Source: Carnobacterium sp.
GTDB taxonomy: Bacteria > Bacillota > Bacilli > Lactobacillales > Carnobacteriaceae
DNA: 60,868 nt
Direction: 5' to 3'
NCBI GenBank assembly: GCA_036639135.1
Contig: JAVWJE010000001.1
Location: 1 to 60,868 of the forward strand
Below the pieces are notes generated by a model. The model saw nothing but the letters and a program-made list of their open reading frames with translations, searched no databases and was not told the DNA's origin. Shown here in pieces: positions 10,251-19,819 of the stretch (position 1 is its first letter; every line of letters starts with the position of its first letter). Made by a program: the position numbers and the translations under genes.

Positions 10251-11114
10251 TTATTCTTCAGTATTAAAACTAATTTCAATAATTCCATGATGGGGTTCTT
10301 GTTCTTTTAAAGGTGGCATTTCCATATAATCTCCATAATTCTTTGTTAGTACCTCAGCGTAAGCTCTTGGTACTGGAAATTTATATCCTTCAAAATCCCA
10401 GTCAATTGAATCGTAAAAAAATTCTTTTTTTATAATAAATGAAACGTACGTATTCTTGCCAGTAGAAATACTCAGTTCTCCTACATATTTTTCATCACTT
10501 TTATTAAACTGGCAAGCTAACCTAGTTATCAATCGATCAACTTTATTTTTAGGAATGACTTTCAGTAAGTAATAAGCACTCTTTTTAACCAGCCTTAATC
10601 CTTTTTTCTTTTCACTATCATTTACGCGCATTACCCTACAATAGTTGATTATCTTCAATTGATCTATTGCTATTCGTTGAGCTTTACCTTTTAGTGTTCC
10701 AGGCCTTACGTTATCATATGGAAATACGTCAATAAAGATACCTTGATGCATCTCGACATCCTGAACAAGGTTTTCAACATAACGAGTTTTGTTTTTCCTA
10801 ATTTTCGAATATTGTGATTGAAACTTTTTGTCAGTGTGGTAATTTTGTAAAAAGTAATTTTTATTTAGTTCTTTTGCACTAACAGCTAGAAACCGATTGT
10901 ATTCTTCTCTTAGCATACAGACATCTATGTCATCATCCCAAGGAATAAAACCATTGTGTCGGATAGCTCCAATCAATGTTCCTGAGAAAAGTTGGTAGTG
11001 TATGTTATGTTTTTTGCACAAATTATCAAATTCTAATAAAATTTCTAATTGTACTTTTTGTGCTTCTTCAATTCGCACATCTAACCCAGGAAATTTGAGT
11101 TTACTCGTTTGCAT
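10251..11114 (-). CDS. licD: LicD-family phosphocholine transferase
   Basis: GTLIGAIRHNGFIPWDDDIDV, IDVFPYD, YGDYM. Confidence 0.92.
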   Translation of the reverse strand: MQTSKLKFPGLDVRIEEAQKVQLEILLEFDNLCKKHNIHYQLFSGTLIGAIRHNGFIPWDDDIDVCMLREEYNRFLAVSAKELNKNYFLQNYHTDKKFQSQYSKIRKNKTRYVENLVQDVEMHQGIFIDVFPYDNVRPGTLKGKAQRIAIDQLKIINYCRVMRVNDSEKKKGLRLVKKSAYYLLKVIPKNKVDRLITRLACQFNKSDEKYVGELSISTGKNTYVSFIIKKEFFYDSIDWDFEGYKFPVPRAYAEVLTKNYGDYMEMPPLKEQEPHHGIIEISFNTEE

Positions 11115-11306
11115 TGTTACACCGCCTTAGTCGTTAATTTGATTCTTCACCATTTTATCCAACATTAGCCTATCACTATTGATTGATTATGATGAGTTTT
11201 CTTATCATTATTCAGTATTTTTGTTTTTTTTGCAAACTCGAACACACTTTAACCTGAATTAGGACTTAAAAGCGTATTTCCTGAATTTTCCTTTTGGAAA
11301 TTAAAC

Positions 11307-11912
11307 TTATTCTCGGTATCTACGAACTGGAACTTTCCAGTCATAAAGAAAAGACAAAATACGTAATACCGTAAAAACAATGAATATCAGATATAAATGC
11401 CACGTTTCTGTCGCCCATCCCATTCCAATAATTAACCCGATTAAGCATACCCATAAACCATAAATAATTTCTCCTAATACGATTGGTTGTCTTTGTGAAA
11501 GCAAGTCTCGAATAACTCCACCACCAGTGGCTGTTAAGAAAGCAGAGACCACTACGGCACTCACCGGTAACCCTAATTCTACAGCAACCGTTGAACCATG
11601 TATTGAAAAAGCAATCAAACCTATAGCATCCAAAAATTTGCCCCAGAGACTTCTACTTGCTAGAAAAGGTTTAGGGAATAACAAAATCAATGTGATAGTA
11701 ATCATTGCCGTATAAAAAAGCGACCCCTGTTTCCATAATTGATAATCTGGAGCGTCTATTAGTGTGTTTCGAACAGCTCCTCCACCAAATGCAGTTAATA
11801 ATCCAAATAAATAAACGCCAAATAAATCATATTTTTTCTCCATCGCAATCAAACCACCTTGAAGCGAGAATGAGATTGTACCAATAATTAGAAAAAACTC
11901 CCACGTTCCCAT
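11307..11912 (-). CDS. UPF0126 / TRIC-channel family membrane protein
   Basis: Duplicated TAFGGGAVRN / TATGGGVIRD motifs. Confidence 0.85.
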   Translation of the reverse strand: MGTWEFFLIIGTISFSLQGGLIAMEKKYDLFGVYLFGLLTAFGGGAVRNTLIDAPDYQLWKQGSLFYTAMITITLILLFPKPFLASRSLWGKFLDAIGLIAFSIHGSTVAVELGLPVSAVVVSAFLTATGGGVIRDLLSQRQPIVLGEIIYGLWVCLIGLIIGMGWATETWHLYLIFIVFTVLRILSFLYDWKVPVRRYRE

Positions 11913-12159
11913 ATTTTCACTCTCCATTCCATTCGTTAGTTTCACAGTATCTTTTTATTTTCAATTTAGTTGGTTCTATCATTCATTCTGTTTTTCCATT
12001 ATTAAACAAGGTTCTTTTTTTAGCAAACTATACACTTTCTTTGTACCATTGGAACCTACTAAATGATTTTATTCTAAAAGTAGCAAATCCCTCTTAGTTA
12101 GCAAACTTTTAAGGTATACTAAAAGTAAATAAATAAAATTCAATTGGAGGAGGGGTTAA

Positions 12160-12735
12160 GTGAAAAAAGATAAAAAATTTTATTGGACTTTGTTTTCTTC
12201 CACGTTTACATTAAGTGCTTTTACATTTGGGGGAGGCTATATTATCGTTCCTTTGATGAAAAAACGATTTGTTCAGGATTTAAAGTGGATCGATGAAGAA
12301 GAAATGATGGATTTGGTTGCTATCAGTCAGTCTGCACCAGGCCCTATTGCGGTAAATGCCTCTATTATTGTAGGATACAGAATGGCTGGTATTCCAGGAG
12401 CACTTTTAAGCACTTTAGGAACAGTCTTACCGCCTTTAGCTATCATAACGGCCATTTCTTATTTTTATATTGCTTTTCGAGAAAATGCTGTTATTAATGC
12501 TTTATTATTTGGAATGCAGGCTGGTGTAGCTGCTGTAATTGTTGACGTTGTCATTAATATGGGATTGGCTATCATCAAGGATAAAAGGCTGTTACCGGTT
12601 ATCATGATGATCTTATCTTTTATTGCAACAGCTGTTTTCGATGTTAATATCGTTTTGATTCTCTTTATATGTGGTGCTATTGGAGCCTACACCACATATC
12701 GTCTAAACCTTCTAAAGAAAAAGGAGGAAAATTAA
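12160..12735 (+). CDS. Short-chain chromate transporter subunit 1
   Basis: TFGGG and QSAPGPIA motifs; GTG start after GGAGG. Confidence 0.88.
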   Translation: MKKDKKFYWTLFSSTFTLSAFTFGGGYIIVPLMKKRFVQDLKWIDEEEMMDLVAISQSAPGPIAVNASIIVGYRMAGIPGALLSTLGTVLPPLAIITAISYFYIAFRENAVINALLFGMQAGVAAVIVDVVINMGLAIIKDKRLLPVIMMILSFIATAVFDVNIVLILFICGAIGAYTTYRLNLLKKKEEN

Positions 12736-12736
12736 T

Positions 12737-13309
12737 TTGGTTTATTTACAGTTGTTTTGGAGTTTCTTTCAAGTAGGATTATTTAGTTTTGGTGGCGGGT
12801 ATGCCGCGTTACCACTTATTCAAGAACAAGTAATCGACGTTCACCCGTGGCTAACATCCACAGAGTTTGTTGATATTTTAACTATTTCACAAATGACACC
12901 TGGGCCAATCGCTATAAATACATCCACATTTGTTGGAACCAAGGTTGCCGGTTTCCCTGGAGCAATAATAGCTACACTAGGTTGCATAACACCCTCTGCT
13001 ATTATCGTATTAACCTTAGCTACACTATACTATAAATACAAAGGGATAAGTATGGTACAAGGAGTCATCAAAGGCTTGAGACCTGCTGTAGTGGCTTTAA
13101 TTGCTTCTGCTGGGTTATCTATTTTACTGACTGCCTTTTTTAATAATGATCATTTTCCTGTTCAGCTCGTTGATTTGAGTTGGGTTTCCGTTGGAATATT
13201 TATTCTCAGTTTATTTATTTTAAGAAAATTCAAATTAAATCCTATTTATATTATGTTATTTGCAGGAGCTATAGGCATCCTTCTTCACTTTTTCACTTCA
13301 TTAGCTTAA
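12737..13309 (+). CDS. Short-chain chromate transporter subunit 2
   Basis: SFGGG and QMTPGPIA motifs. Confidence 0.88.
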   Translation: MVYLQLFWSFFQVGLFSFGGGYAALPLIQEQVIDVHPWLTSTEFVDILTISQMTPGPIAINTSTFVGTKVAGFPGAIIATLGCITPSAIIVLTLATLYYKYKGISMVQGVIKGLRPAVVALIASAGLSILLTAFFNNDHFPVQLVDLSWVSVGIFILSLFILRKFKLNPIYIMLFAGAIGILLHFFTSLA

Positions 13310-13339
13310 TAAACAAGTAATAAAAGGAGGAGTTATTTA

Positions 13340-13768
13340 ATGAAACTTCACGTAGGAAATGAGATATGGAATAAAGCGAGTGCCTTTTATATACGAATGT
13401 CTGTTTTTGTTTTGGAAAGAAACATGGAACTTGCTGAAGAATTTGATAATCAAGATACTTTGGCTATTGATTACGCAGTTATGTATGATGGTGAAAAACC
13501 TGTTTCAACAGGAAGGTATGAGTTATTGGATAGCGAAACGATCCGAATTGGTCGTATTGCGACATTAAAAGAGTACCGTGGCAAAAAATTGGGGCGTGCT
13601 ATTATTTATGCTTTAGAAGATATCGGTCGCCAAAAAGGATGTACAAAAGCATCTATCCATTCTGAACAAACGGCAGCTTCATTTTATGAAGAATTAAGTT
13701 ATAAAATCGTTTCAGATGAATTTTATGAAAATAACGTCCCTTGTGTCCTCTTAGAAAAACAACTTTAA
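13340..13768 (+). CDS. GNAT acetyltransferase (ElaA/YjcF-like)
   Basis: IRMSVFVLE, RIGRIA, YRGKKLG acetyl-CoA motif. Confidence 0.85.
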   Translation: MKLHVGNEIWNKASAFYIRMSVFVLERNMELAEEFDNQDTLAIDYAVMYDGEKPVSTGRYELLDSETIRIGRIATLKEYRGKKLGRAIIYALEDIGRQKGCTKASIHSEQTAASFYEELSYKIVSDEFYENNVPCVLLEKQL

Positions 13769-13810
13769 CCTTACTGTGTTCCTCTTTTTTTGAAAGGTCG
13801 GTGTTTAAAC

Positions 13811-14518
13811 ATGTTCGAATTAGATTATTTAGAAATTATCGGTCGATTGATTGCTTCCATATTTTTTGGAGCCATCATTGGATATGAGCGAGAAATTAAA
13901 GGTCACAGCGCTGGCCTAAGAACTCATATTTTAGTTTGTGTAGGAGCTACTCTTTTTTCTTTAGTTCAATTACAAGCAACTTACACAACAATCAAATTGG
14001 CTTTAGAAAGTCCGGATTTACTCCAAATTTTAAACACAGACCTTACACGTATGACTGCTCAGATTGTTAGTGGTATTGGATTTTTAGGTGCTGGAACTAT
14101 TATCGTTACTAAAAGGAGTGTTACTGGGCTAACCACTGCAGCTTCCATATGGGCAACTGCCAGTTTAGGCATCGCTATTGGAATGGGTTTTTATTTTATT
14201 GCTTTATCAGGCTCCATTATGATTTTACTCGTTTTAATGCTTATTAGAAAATTATTTCGTGTCCAAAATTACAAAACTCTCGAGGTCAGTTACTACAAAC
14301 GAAGAGAAACAAAGAAAGCCATACAAGACTATTTTGATAAACATCAGATTATCGTAATAGATTTAGATTTCCTAGTGGATTCGTACGAACAAGATAATGC
14401 TGTTTACCTCGTTGTTTATACATTAAATATACCTGATAACTTGTCAACAAAAGAAGTTGTAGAAGACTTATCTGATATAAATTCAGTCATTGGGATACGT
14501 ACAATAAAAGATCTTTAA
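13811..14518 (+). CDS. MgtC/SapB family membrane protein
   Basis: IGYERE, AGLRTH, VSGIGFLGAG, GLTTAA. Confidence 0.9.
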   Translation: MFELDYLEIIGRLIASIFFGAIIGYEREIKGHSAGLRTHILVCVGATLFSLVQLQATYTTIKLALESPDLLQILNTDLTRMTAQIVSGIGFLGAGTIIVTKRSVTGLTTAASIWATASLGIAIGMGFYFIALSGSIMILLVLMLIRKLFRVQNYKTLEVSYYKRRETKKAIQDYFDKHQIIVIDLDFLVDSYEQDNAVYLVVYTLNIPDNLSTKEVVEDLSDINSVIGIRTIKDL

Positions 14519-14544
14519 AGTTAAAAGTATTCGACTTATAAATA

Positions 14545-17310
14545 TTAAATTTTAAGTCGAATACTTTTTTTATGAGATTTTATTAACTCTATCGTTAGTA
14601 AAAAAAGACCTAATAAACTTGCGAATAGACCTATTTTTAAGAATGGAGTCTGATAAGTTAAAATGATTGTTGATTTGCCACTGTTTAAAGGGAGCCCTAC
14701 AAATCCTTCATTTACTCTTATTGTTTCAACCTTTTTATCATTTACTGTTGCTTTCCACCCTTTTGTATAAGGTATCGTTGTTGTCAAAACAGTCTTTTTC
14801 TCTTGATTAACGGTTCCACTAATTTTTTGATTTGTAAACGTTTTAATATTCATTGCTTGCTTTTGTTTTTGAAGAACTCGTTTTTGATAGTCTTGATTTA
14901 AAGGCATTGCCAAAACGCTTATATCAGCTAATTCATAACTTCCTTTTTGATCGAATAGCAAACTGATTGTATCCTCTTCTGTTGGTTTTGACTGGTACCC
15001 TAAATGAAAGAGCATCTTGTCTCTGGGTATATAAGAACTAAACCTGAGTAAATCTGATTGGTATATACTCTTTCTCTGACTTTTAAATTTTACAATTGCC
15101 GTATAATTAATAGGAACCCGCTTCAATTCTTTGTTCTCAAGTGGTTTAAAGTTTAGACCTTCTAAATAAGCATAGACAGCTGATTCGTACATTTTTTTCT
15201 TGTCTTTTATTTTTATCCTTACTTCTCCAGTTGTGTCTTTAACGATAATTTTTTTATTATTTATTACTATTTTATTTTCATTGCTGGAAAATATGTCTAT
15301 CGCTAATTCTTTTACTTCCATTTTTCCATTAAATGGTTTTAACTCTCTTGTCTGTACTTGTTTTTCATTTAAGACCATTCCATAAGATAAATAAGCTTCT
15401 TTTTCAACTGGATTCATTTTCTCAAAAAATGTTTCTGGTAAATAAGTTTCTTCTGCATAAGCAAAAGGGTACGCTAAGGATGTTTTTGCTACAACAAAAG
15501 AACGGTCTTTTTCTTCTTTTTTTGCTATTACTTCATATCCATAAGGCAAGTAGGACTTGTTTTTTTCTTCCGTTATTATCGACTGTACACTCAAAAGATG
15601 ATTGATTATGCTGCGATCATCAAATCCATTTCTAATAGGCTGTATCAGTTGAAATTGCCCATTTTCCAATTGCCTAGCAAAGTTTGCTACTTCGCCATTT
15701 GTGATGGAAAGATAAGAGGATAAGCCCATTTTATTTAATAAGATAAATTGATTTTTAATTTCTCTATCTTTAGATGTGACACCTAAGCGATGAATATTTT
15801 GTTCCTTGGATGGTTGAATGAGTTCTTCAGCACCGCCAAGGGTCGAGACATAAGCATCGTCAACTGTACCGTAATCTAGTAATGAAGAAATGTTGTTTTG
15901 GCCCCATGGATAATAGTAATCCATCGCATTATAAGTTAAATTTCCCATTATCAATAATGTTAATAAAAGAGAGTATAATTTTTTATCAATTTCTTTTAGG
16001 ATTTTTCTTTGCTTTTTCGTGTAGAAGACAAGTAAAACAACCCACATTATCCAAGCAAAAAGTAGTGGAAGAACATCTGCTAAGCGATATCCTGTAACCC
16101 AAATAGATAGCACAGTAACGATACTAAAAAAGAATAATGCCAAGGCCATAACTAATAAATCTTGTCTTTTTAAAAGGAATCGATCATTAAATAAATGGGC
16201 AGAGCCACAAGCTAAGAAAAAAGGTAAGACGAATGTCCAACGGTTATACGGTCCAGATAATCCATTCATAATTGAACCAAAAAAAGGCAATAATAGCATC
16301 ACTCCAAAAATAGTTAACATGATTAAAATAAATTTATCTTTTTGTTTATGGTGTATAAGATAAACAAGCACCAAGATCCCAAATGATGAGAAGCCAAGCG
16401 CAGTCCAAAGATAACTTCCTGGGATGAAGAGATTCCTCACTAAAGCTAAATAGTATTCTAATGGGTATACAATCAACCCTTGAGCAAATTTGTTAGAAGA
16501 TTCTCTCGAAGAATGTAAAAACCCCCATACAACTGGGATAAATAAAACGCCAGATAACAAAACACCAATGAAATAAGAATAGGCAAATACCCAAAATGTT
16601 GACAATACCCTTTTGAAAGATGTTTTTCCATATAAAGTAAAAAAACGTATTAATCCATACAGAAAAATTAATATAGTAAGCATATAAAAAAAGTAAAAAT
16701 TACTCATCGCACCTAAAAAAATACTTCCTATAAAAAAAACAGGCGATTTGTTTCGTAAAATACGTTCTACTCCTATGCACATTAGCGGAAAGAAAATCAT
16801 TGGCAAAAGAAAAAACGGATGACGCGTCACATTTAAAATAACATAGTAAGTAAATGTATAAATCACGGAACCCATTAACGCCCCTGGTAATTCTATTTTC
16901 ATTTCCCAACAAAACAATAAAAAAGAAGCCCCTATTGCAAATACTCTTAATAAAATTAAAAAGTGAAAGGCTAACTCTATTTGGCTCACAGGAAATAATA
17001 AACCTAAATATACAAAAGGATCACCAATAATATAATAGCCATAGGAGGCTATCACATCTGCCCCTAATCCTATATTCCAATTCCATTGAGCCATTCCTGC
17101 TGAAGGTTGATGTAAAAAATCCTGAATAATGCCTAAATACTCTTTAAAAATTAAATAATGTTGGCTAAATCCATCGCCTTCCCAAATGAAAGATTGTCGC
17201 GTTACAAAAAAATACCCATAAATAACTGATACCATAAAAATAAATAAAAAAAGATAACAAAAAATAAACCTAGTTATTCCTTTTTTATTCTGGGTTTCCA
17301 TGGCACTCAT
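14545..17310 (-). CDS. yfhO: YfhO-family GT-C polytopic glycosyltransferase
   Basis: DGFSQH, GDPF, SNFYF, RWTF and C-terminal TIPYTKGW motifs; 921 aa. Confidence 0.85.
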   Translation of the reverse strand: MSAMETQNKKGITRFIFCYLFLFIFMVSVIYGYFFVTRQSFIWEGDGFSQHYLIFKEYLGIIQDFLHQPSAGMAQWNWNIGLGADVIASYGYYIIGDPFVYLGLLFPVSQIELAFHFLILLRVFAIGASFLLFCWEMKIELPGALMGSVIYTFTYYVILNVTRHPFFLLPMIFFPLMCIGVERILRNKSPVFFIGSIFLGAMSNFYFFYMLTILIFLYGLIRFFTLYGKTSFKRVLSTFWVFAYSYFIGVLLSGVLFIPVVWGFLHSSRESSNKFAQGLIVYPLEYYLALVRNLFIPGSYLWTALGFSSFGILVLVYLIHHKQKDKFILIMLTIFGVMLLLPFFGSIMNGLSGPYNRWTFVLPFFLACGSAHLFNDRFLLKRQDLLVMALALFFFSIVTVLSIWVTGYRLADVLPLLFAWIMWVVLLVFYTKKQRKILKEIDKKLYSLLLTLLIMGNLTYNAMDYYYPWGQNNISSLLDYGTVDDAYVSTLGGAEELIQPSKEQNIHRLGVTSKDREIKNQFILLNKMGLSSYLSITNGEVANFARQLENGQFQLIQPIRNGFDDRSIINHLLSVQSIITEEKNKSYLPYGYEVIAKKEEKDRSFVVAKTSLAYPFAYAEETYLPETFFEKMNPVEKEAYLSYGMVLNEKQVQTRELKPFNGKMEVKELAIDIFSSNENKIVINNKKIIVKDTTGEVRIKIKDKKKMYESAVYAYLEGLNFKPLENKELKRVPINYTAIVKFKSQRKSIYQSDLLRFSSYIPRDKMLFHLGYQSKPTEEDTISLLFDQKGSYELADISVLAMPLNQDYQKRVLQKQKQAMNIKTFTNQKISGTVNQEKKTVLTTTIPYTKGWKATVNDKKVETIRVNEGFVGLPLNSGKSTIILTYQTPFLKIGLFASLLGLFLLTIELIKSHKKSIRLKI

Positions 17311-17316
17311 TCCTTT

Positions 17317-17724
17317 CTATTTGAAAATAAACCATTTGCTAAAAAAGTAATTCAGTAACACAACAATAAACTGTGTTACGAGCTTGGATAAGTTAGAATC
17401 GAGTTGAAGTCCTCCGATTAAAATCCACATACTTAACATGTCAAATCCAGCTGAAATCAATCGGAAACTACAAAATAAAGAGAACTCTTTTAACCAGGCA
17501 CGAACGGTTAACGTTTTAGATTTAAAGACATATTTTTTATTTGTAAAAAAAGCAAAGATAATAGATATTGCAATAGAAATAGCATTCGCAAGTAGGTATT
17601 GAAAACCCAATAAGGTATCAAATGCAAAAAATACAATCAGGTTAACCAAAGTAGTTAACCCTCCAAAGATTAAATAACTAATTATTTCTTCATGTTTTTC
17701 ATAAAGCCTTTTTAATGTCGACAT
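17317..17724 (-). CDS. GtrA/GtcA-family undecaprenyl-phosphate-sugar flippase
   Basis: YLIFGGLTT, TNKKYVF, NYFFSKWFIF; probable start MSTLK at 17724. Confidence 0.88.
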   Translation of the reverse strand: MSTLKRLYEKHEEIISYLIFGGLTTLVNLIVFFAFDTLLGFQYLLANAISIAISIIFAFFTNKKYVFKSKTLTVRAWLKEFSLFCSFRLISAGFDMLSMWILIGGLQLDSNLSKLVTQFIVVLLNYFFSKWFIFK

Positions 17725-17728
17725 TAGT

Positions 17729-18694
17729 TTAACTTGCACCACTTTCGTTTTTATTATTTTGTCGTTCTTTTTCTGAATATTCTTGAATAAAATACAACGG
17801 TCGATTTTTTGTTTCAACAAATACTCGACTTAAATATTCTCCGATAACTCCTAAAGAAATTAACTGAATCCCACCAATAAATAAAATACCAGCAATAATA
17901 GAAGTATACCCCGCTATGTCTCTTCCATACAAGCTTGTTTTAATAAGTTCAAAAATCAAGTATAAAAAAGCAAAAAATGAAATAATAAACCCAATGATAG
18001 ACCATATTTTTAACGGAATTGTGCTATAAGAAGTAATGCCATCAAGGCCTAATTTTACTAATGCTGAAAGTTTCCATTTCGTTTCTCCAGCTGTCCGTGC
18101 TTCAGCGATATACGATATTTCTTTCTTTTTAAATCCAATCCAACCATACATCCCTTTGGTATAACGCTCTTTTTCTCGCATTTTGATTAAAGCGTCCATA
18201 CATTTCTTGTCTAACAATCTGAAATCACCCGCCTGTGGATAGACCCTTTCTTTAGTAACTTTTTGCAATAATTGATAATACCATTTTGATGCCCTTTTTT
18301 TGAACCAAGATTCTCCTTCACGAGCTTTTCGAATGGCATAAACATCATCATATCCCAGTTCCCACCATTTTAACATCTCTTCTATTAGTTTAGGCGGTTG
18401 TTGTAAATCAGCATCAATTATAATTGTTGCATCAGTATCTACATGATCAAACCCCGCCAACATCGCAATTTCTTTCCCGAAATTTCTTGACAAATCAAGG
18501 TATTGAACGCGAGAATCTAACTGTTTCAATTTCTTAAGCTTTTCAAGTGTCCTATCCGTGCTTCCATCATTGATGAACAAGAAAGTAAATTGGTATTGGG
18601 CGAGTTTTTTGCAAACTAAAACTAATTTTTTATACATATGATCAATGACAGCTTCCTCGTTGTAGGCAGGAATTAATATTGTAATAGTTTTCAT
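17729..18694 (-). CDS. GT2 undecaprenyl-phosphate glycosyltransferase (CsbB/GtrB-like)
   Basis: IPAYNEE, NDGSTD, SRNFGKE, DADLQ, two C-terminal TM helices. Confidence 0.92.
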   Translation of the reverse strand: MKTITILIPAYNEEAVIDHMYKKLVLVCKKLAQYQFTFLFINDGSTDRTLEKLKKLKQLDSRVQYLDLSRNFGKEIAMLAGFDHVDTDATIIIDADLQQPPKLIEEMLKWWELGYDDVYAIRKAREGESWFKKRASKWYYQLLQKVTKERVYPQAGDFRLLDKKCMDALIKMREKERYTKGMYGWIGFKKKEISYIAEARTAGETKWKLSALVKLGLDGITSYSTIPLKIWSIIGFIISFFAFLYLIFELIKTSLYGRDIAGYTSIIAGILFIGGIQLISLGVIGEYLSRVFVETKNRPLYFIQEYSEKERQNNKNESGAS

Positions 18695-18799
18695 ATTATC
18701 CAACCTTTCATCCATTAATTGAATCTTTTAAAATGATTGGGTTTGTTACTAGTATAACCTTTTAATAAATACCCGTCTATTCTGCTCCTTATTTTTTTA

Positions 18800-18935
18800 G
18801 AGACAAAAATAGATTGGGAAAGGAGCGATAAAATAGAAAAAAATCGTATGAAATCAAACGAACAAAAGTTGATTTCATACAATTCCATTTTTCCTATCTT
18901 GCTATTTCGCACAAAAACCCCTTTATGTCCCAGCC
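18800..18935. repeat. ~136 bp imperfect palindromic intergenic element (REP/MITE-like)
   Basis: Perfect 12-bp inverted repeat GTATGAAATCAA/TTGATTTCATAC, extended by imperfect arms with GAGACAAAAA / TTTATGTCCC ends. Confidence 0.55.
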
Positions 18936-18941
18936 TTTTTA

Positions 18942-19634
18942 TTAAAGGTAATACTTTTTGATAACAGCTAATTCATCGTTTAATTCATAAACCAATGGTT
19001 GTCCTGTTGGAATTTCTAATTCCATAATATCATCATCAGAAATTTCTTCAATGTATTTAGCTAAAGCACGCAACGAATTACCGTGAGCGGCTACTAACAC
19101 TGTTTTGCCCTCTAATATAGCAGGTGCAATCTGATCTTCCCAAAAAGGAATAACCCGGTCTAAGGTCGTTTCTAAGTTTTCTCCCATAGGAACAACGCGT
19201 TTTTGTAAATTAGCATAGCGACGATCATTAAGCGCTGAGTTTGGATCATCTGGTTCTAATAATGGTGGCAAGGTATTATATGAACGACGCCATAATTGAA
19301 CTTGCTCGATACCATATTTATCAGCCGTTGCTTTTTTATTAAGTCCTTGTAATGCTCCGTAATGACGTTCGTTTAGACGCCAAGTTTTGACTTCTGGAAC
19401 CCACAATTGATCAGAGTCTTCTAAAACAATATGGCACGTTTTGATAGCGCGTTTTAAAACAGACGTAAAAGCCATGTCAAATTCGATTCCAGCTTCTTTT
19501 ATTTTTTCGCCAGCTTCATGAGCTTCTTTTAATCCTGCATCACTTAAGTCAACATCAACCCATCCTGTAAATTGATTCAATGCATTCCATTCACTTTGAC
19601 CATGACGAACAAATACAATTTTCTTCACATACAT
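18942..19634 (-). CDS. gpmA: 2,3-BPG-dependent phosphoglycerate mutase
   Basis: [22 protein letters not shown]. Confidence 0.96.
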   Translation of the reverse strand: MYVKKIVFVRHGQSEWNALNQFTGWVDVDLSDAGLKEAHEAGEKIKEAGIEFDMAFTSVLKRAIKTCHIVLEDSDQLWVPEVKTWRLNERHYGALQGLNKKATADKYGIEQVQLWRRSYNTLPPLLEPDDPNSALNDRRYANLQKRVVPMGENLETTLDRVIPFWEDQIAPAILEGKTVLVAAHGNSLRALAKYIEEISDDDIMELEIPTGQPLVYELNDELAVIKKYYL

Positions 19635-19819
19635 CCCAACTTTCCTAGTTTCTCACTTATTATTGTACACCTTGTTGCTTGGGAAATGCACATAGAATGA
19701 TTACATTCGTTTTTCAAAATAGTTTTAATTAGTAAATATTAATGTGGTTTATTAGGTACAATTAAAAACAAAAACTTTCTAACAACTAGTAAATTTACTA
19801 ATGGTTAGAAAGATTTAAC

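Noticed and set aside
18715-18912. 65-aa minus-strand ORF between gpmA and the GT2
   Set aside because: It runs through the palindromic element and has no convincing RBS
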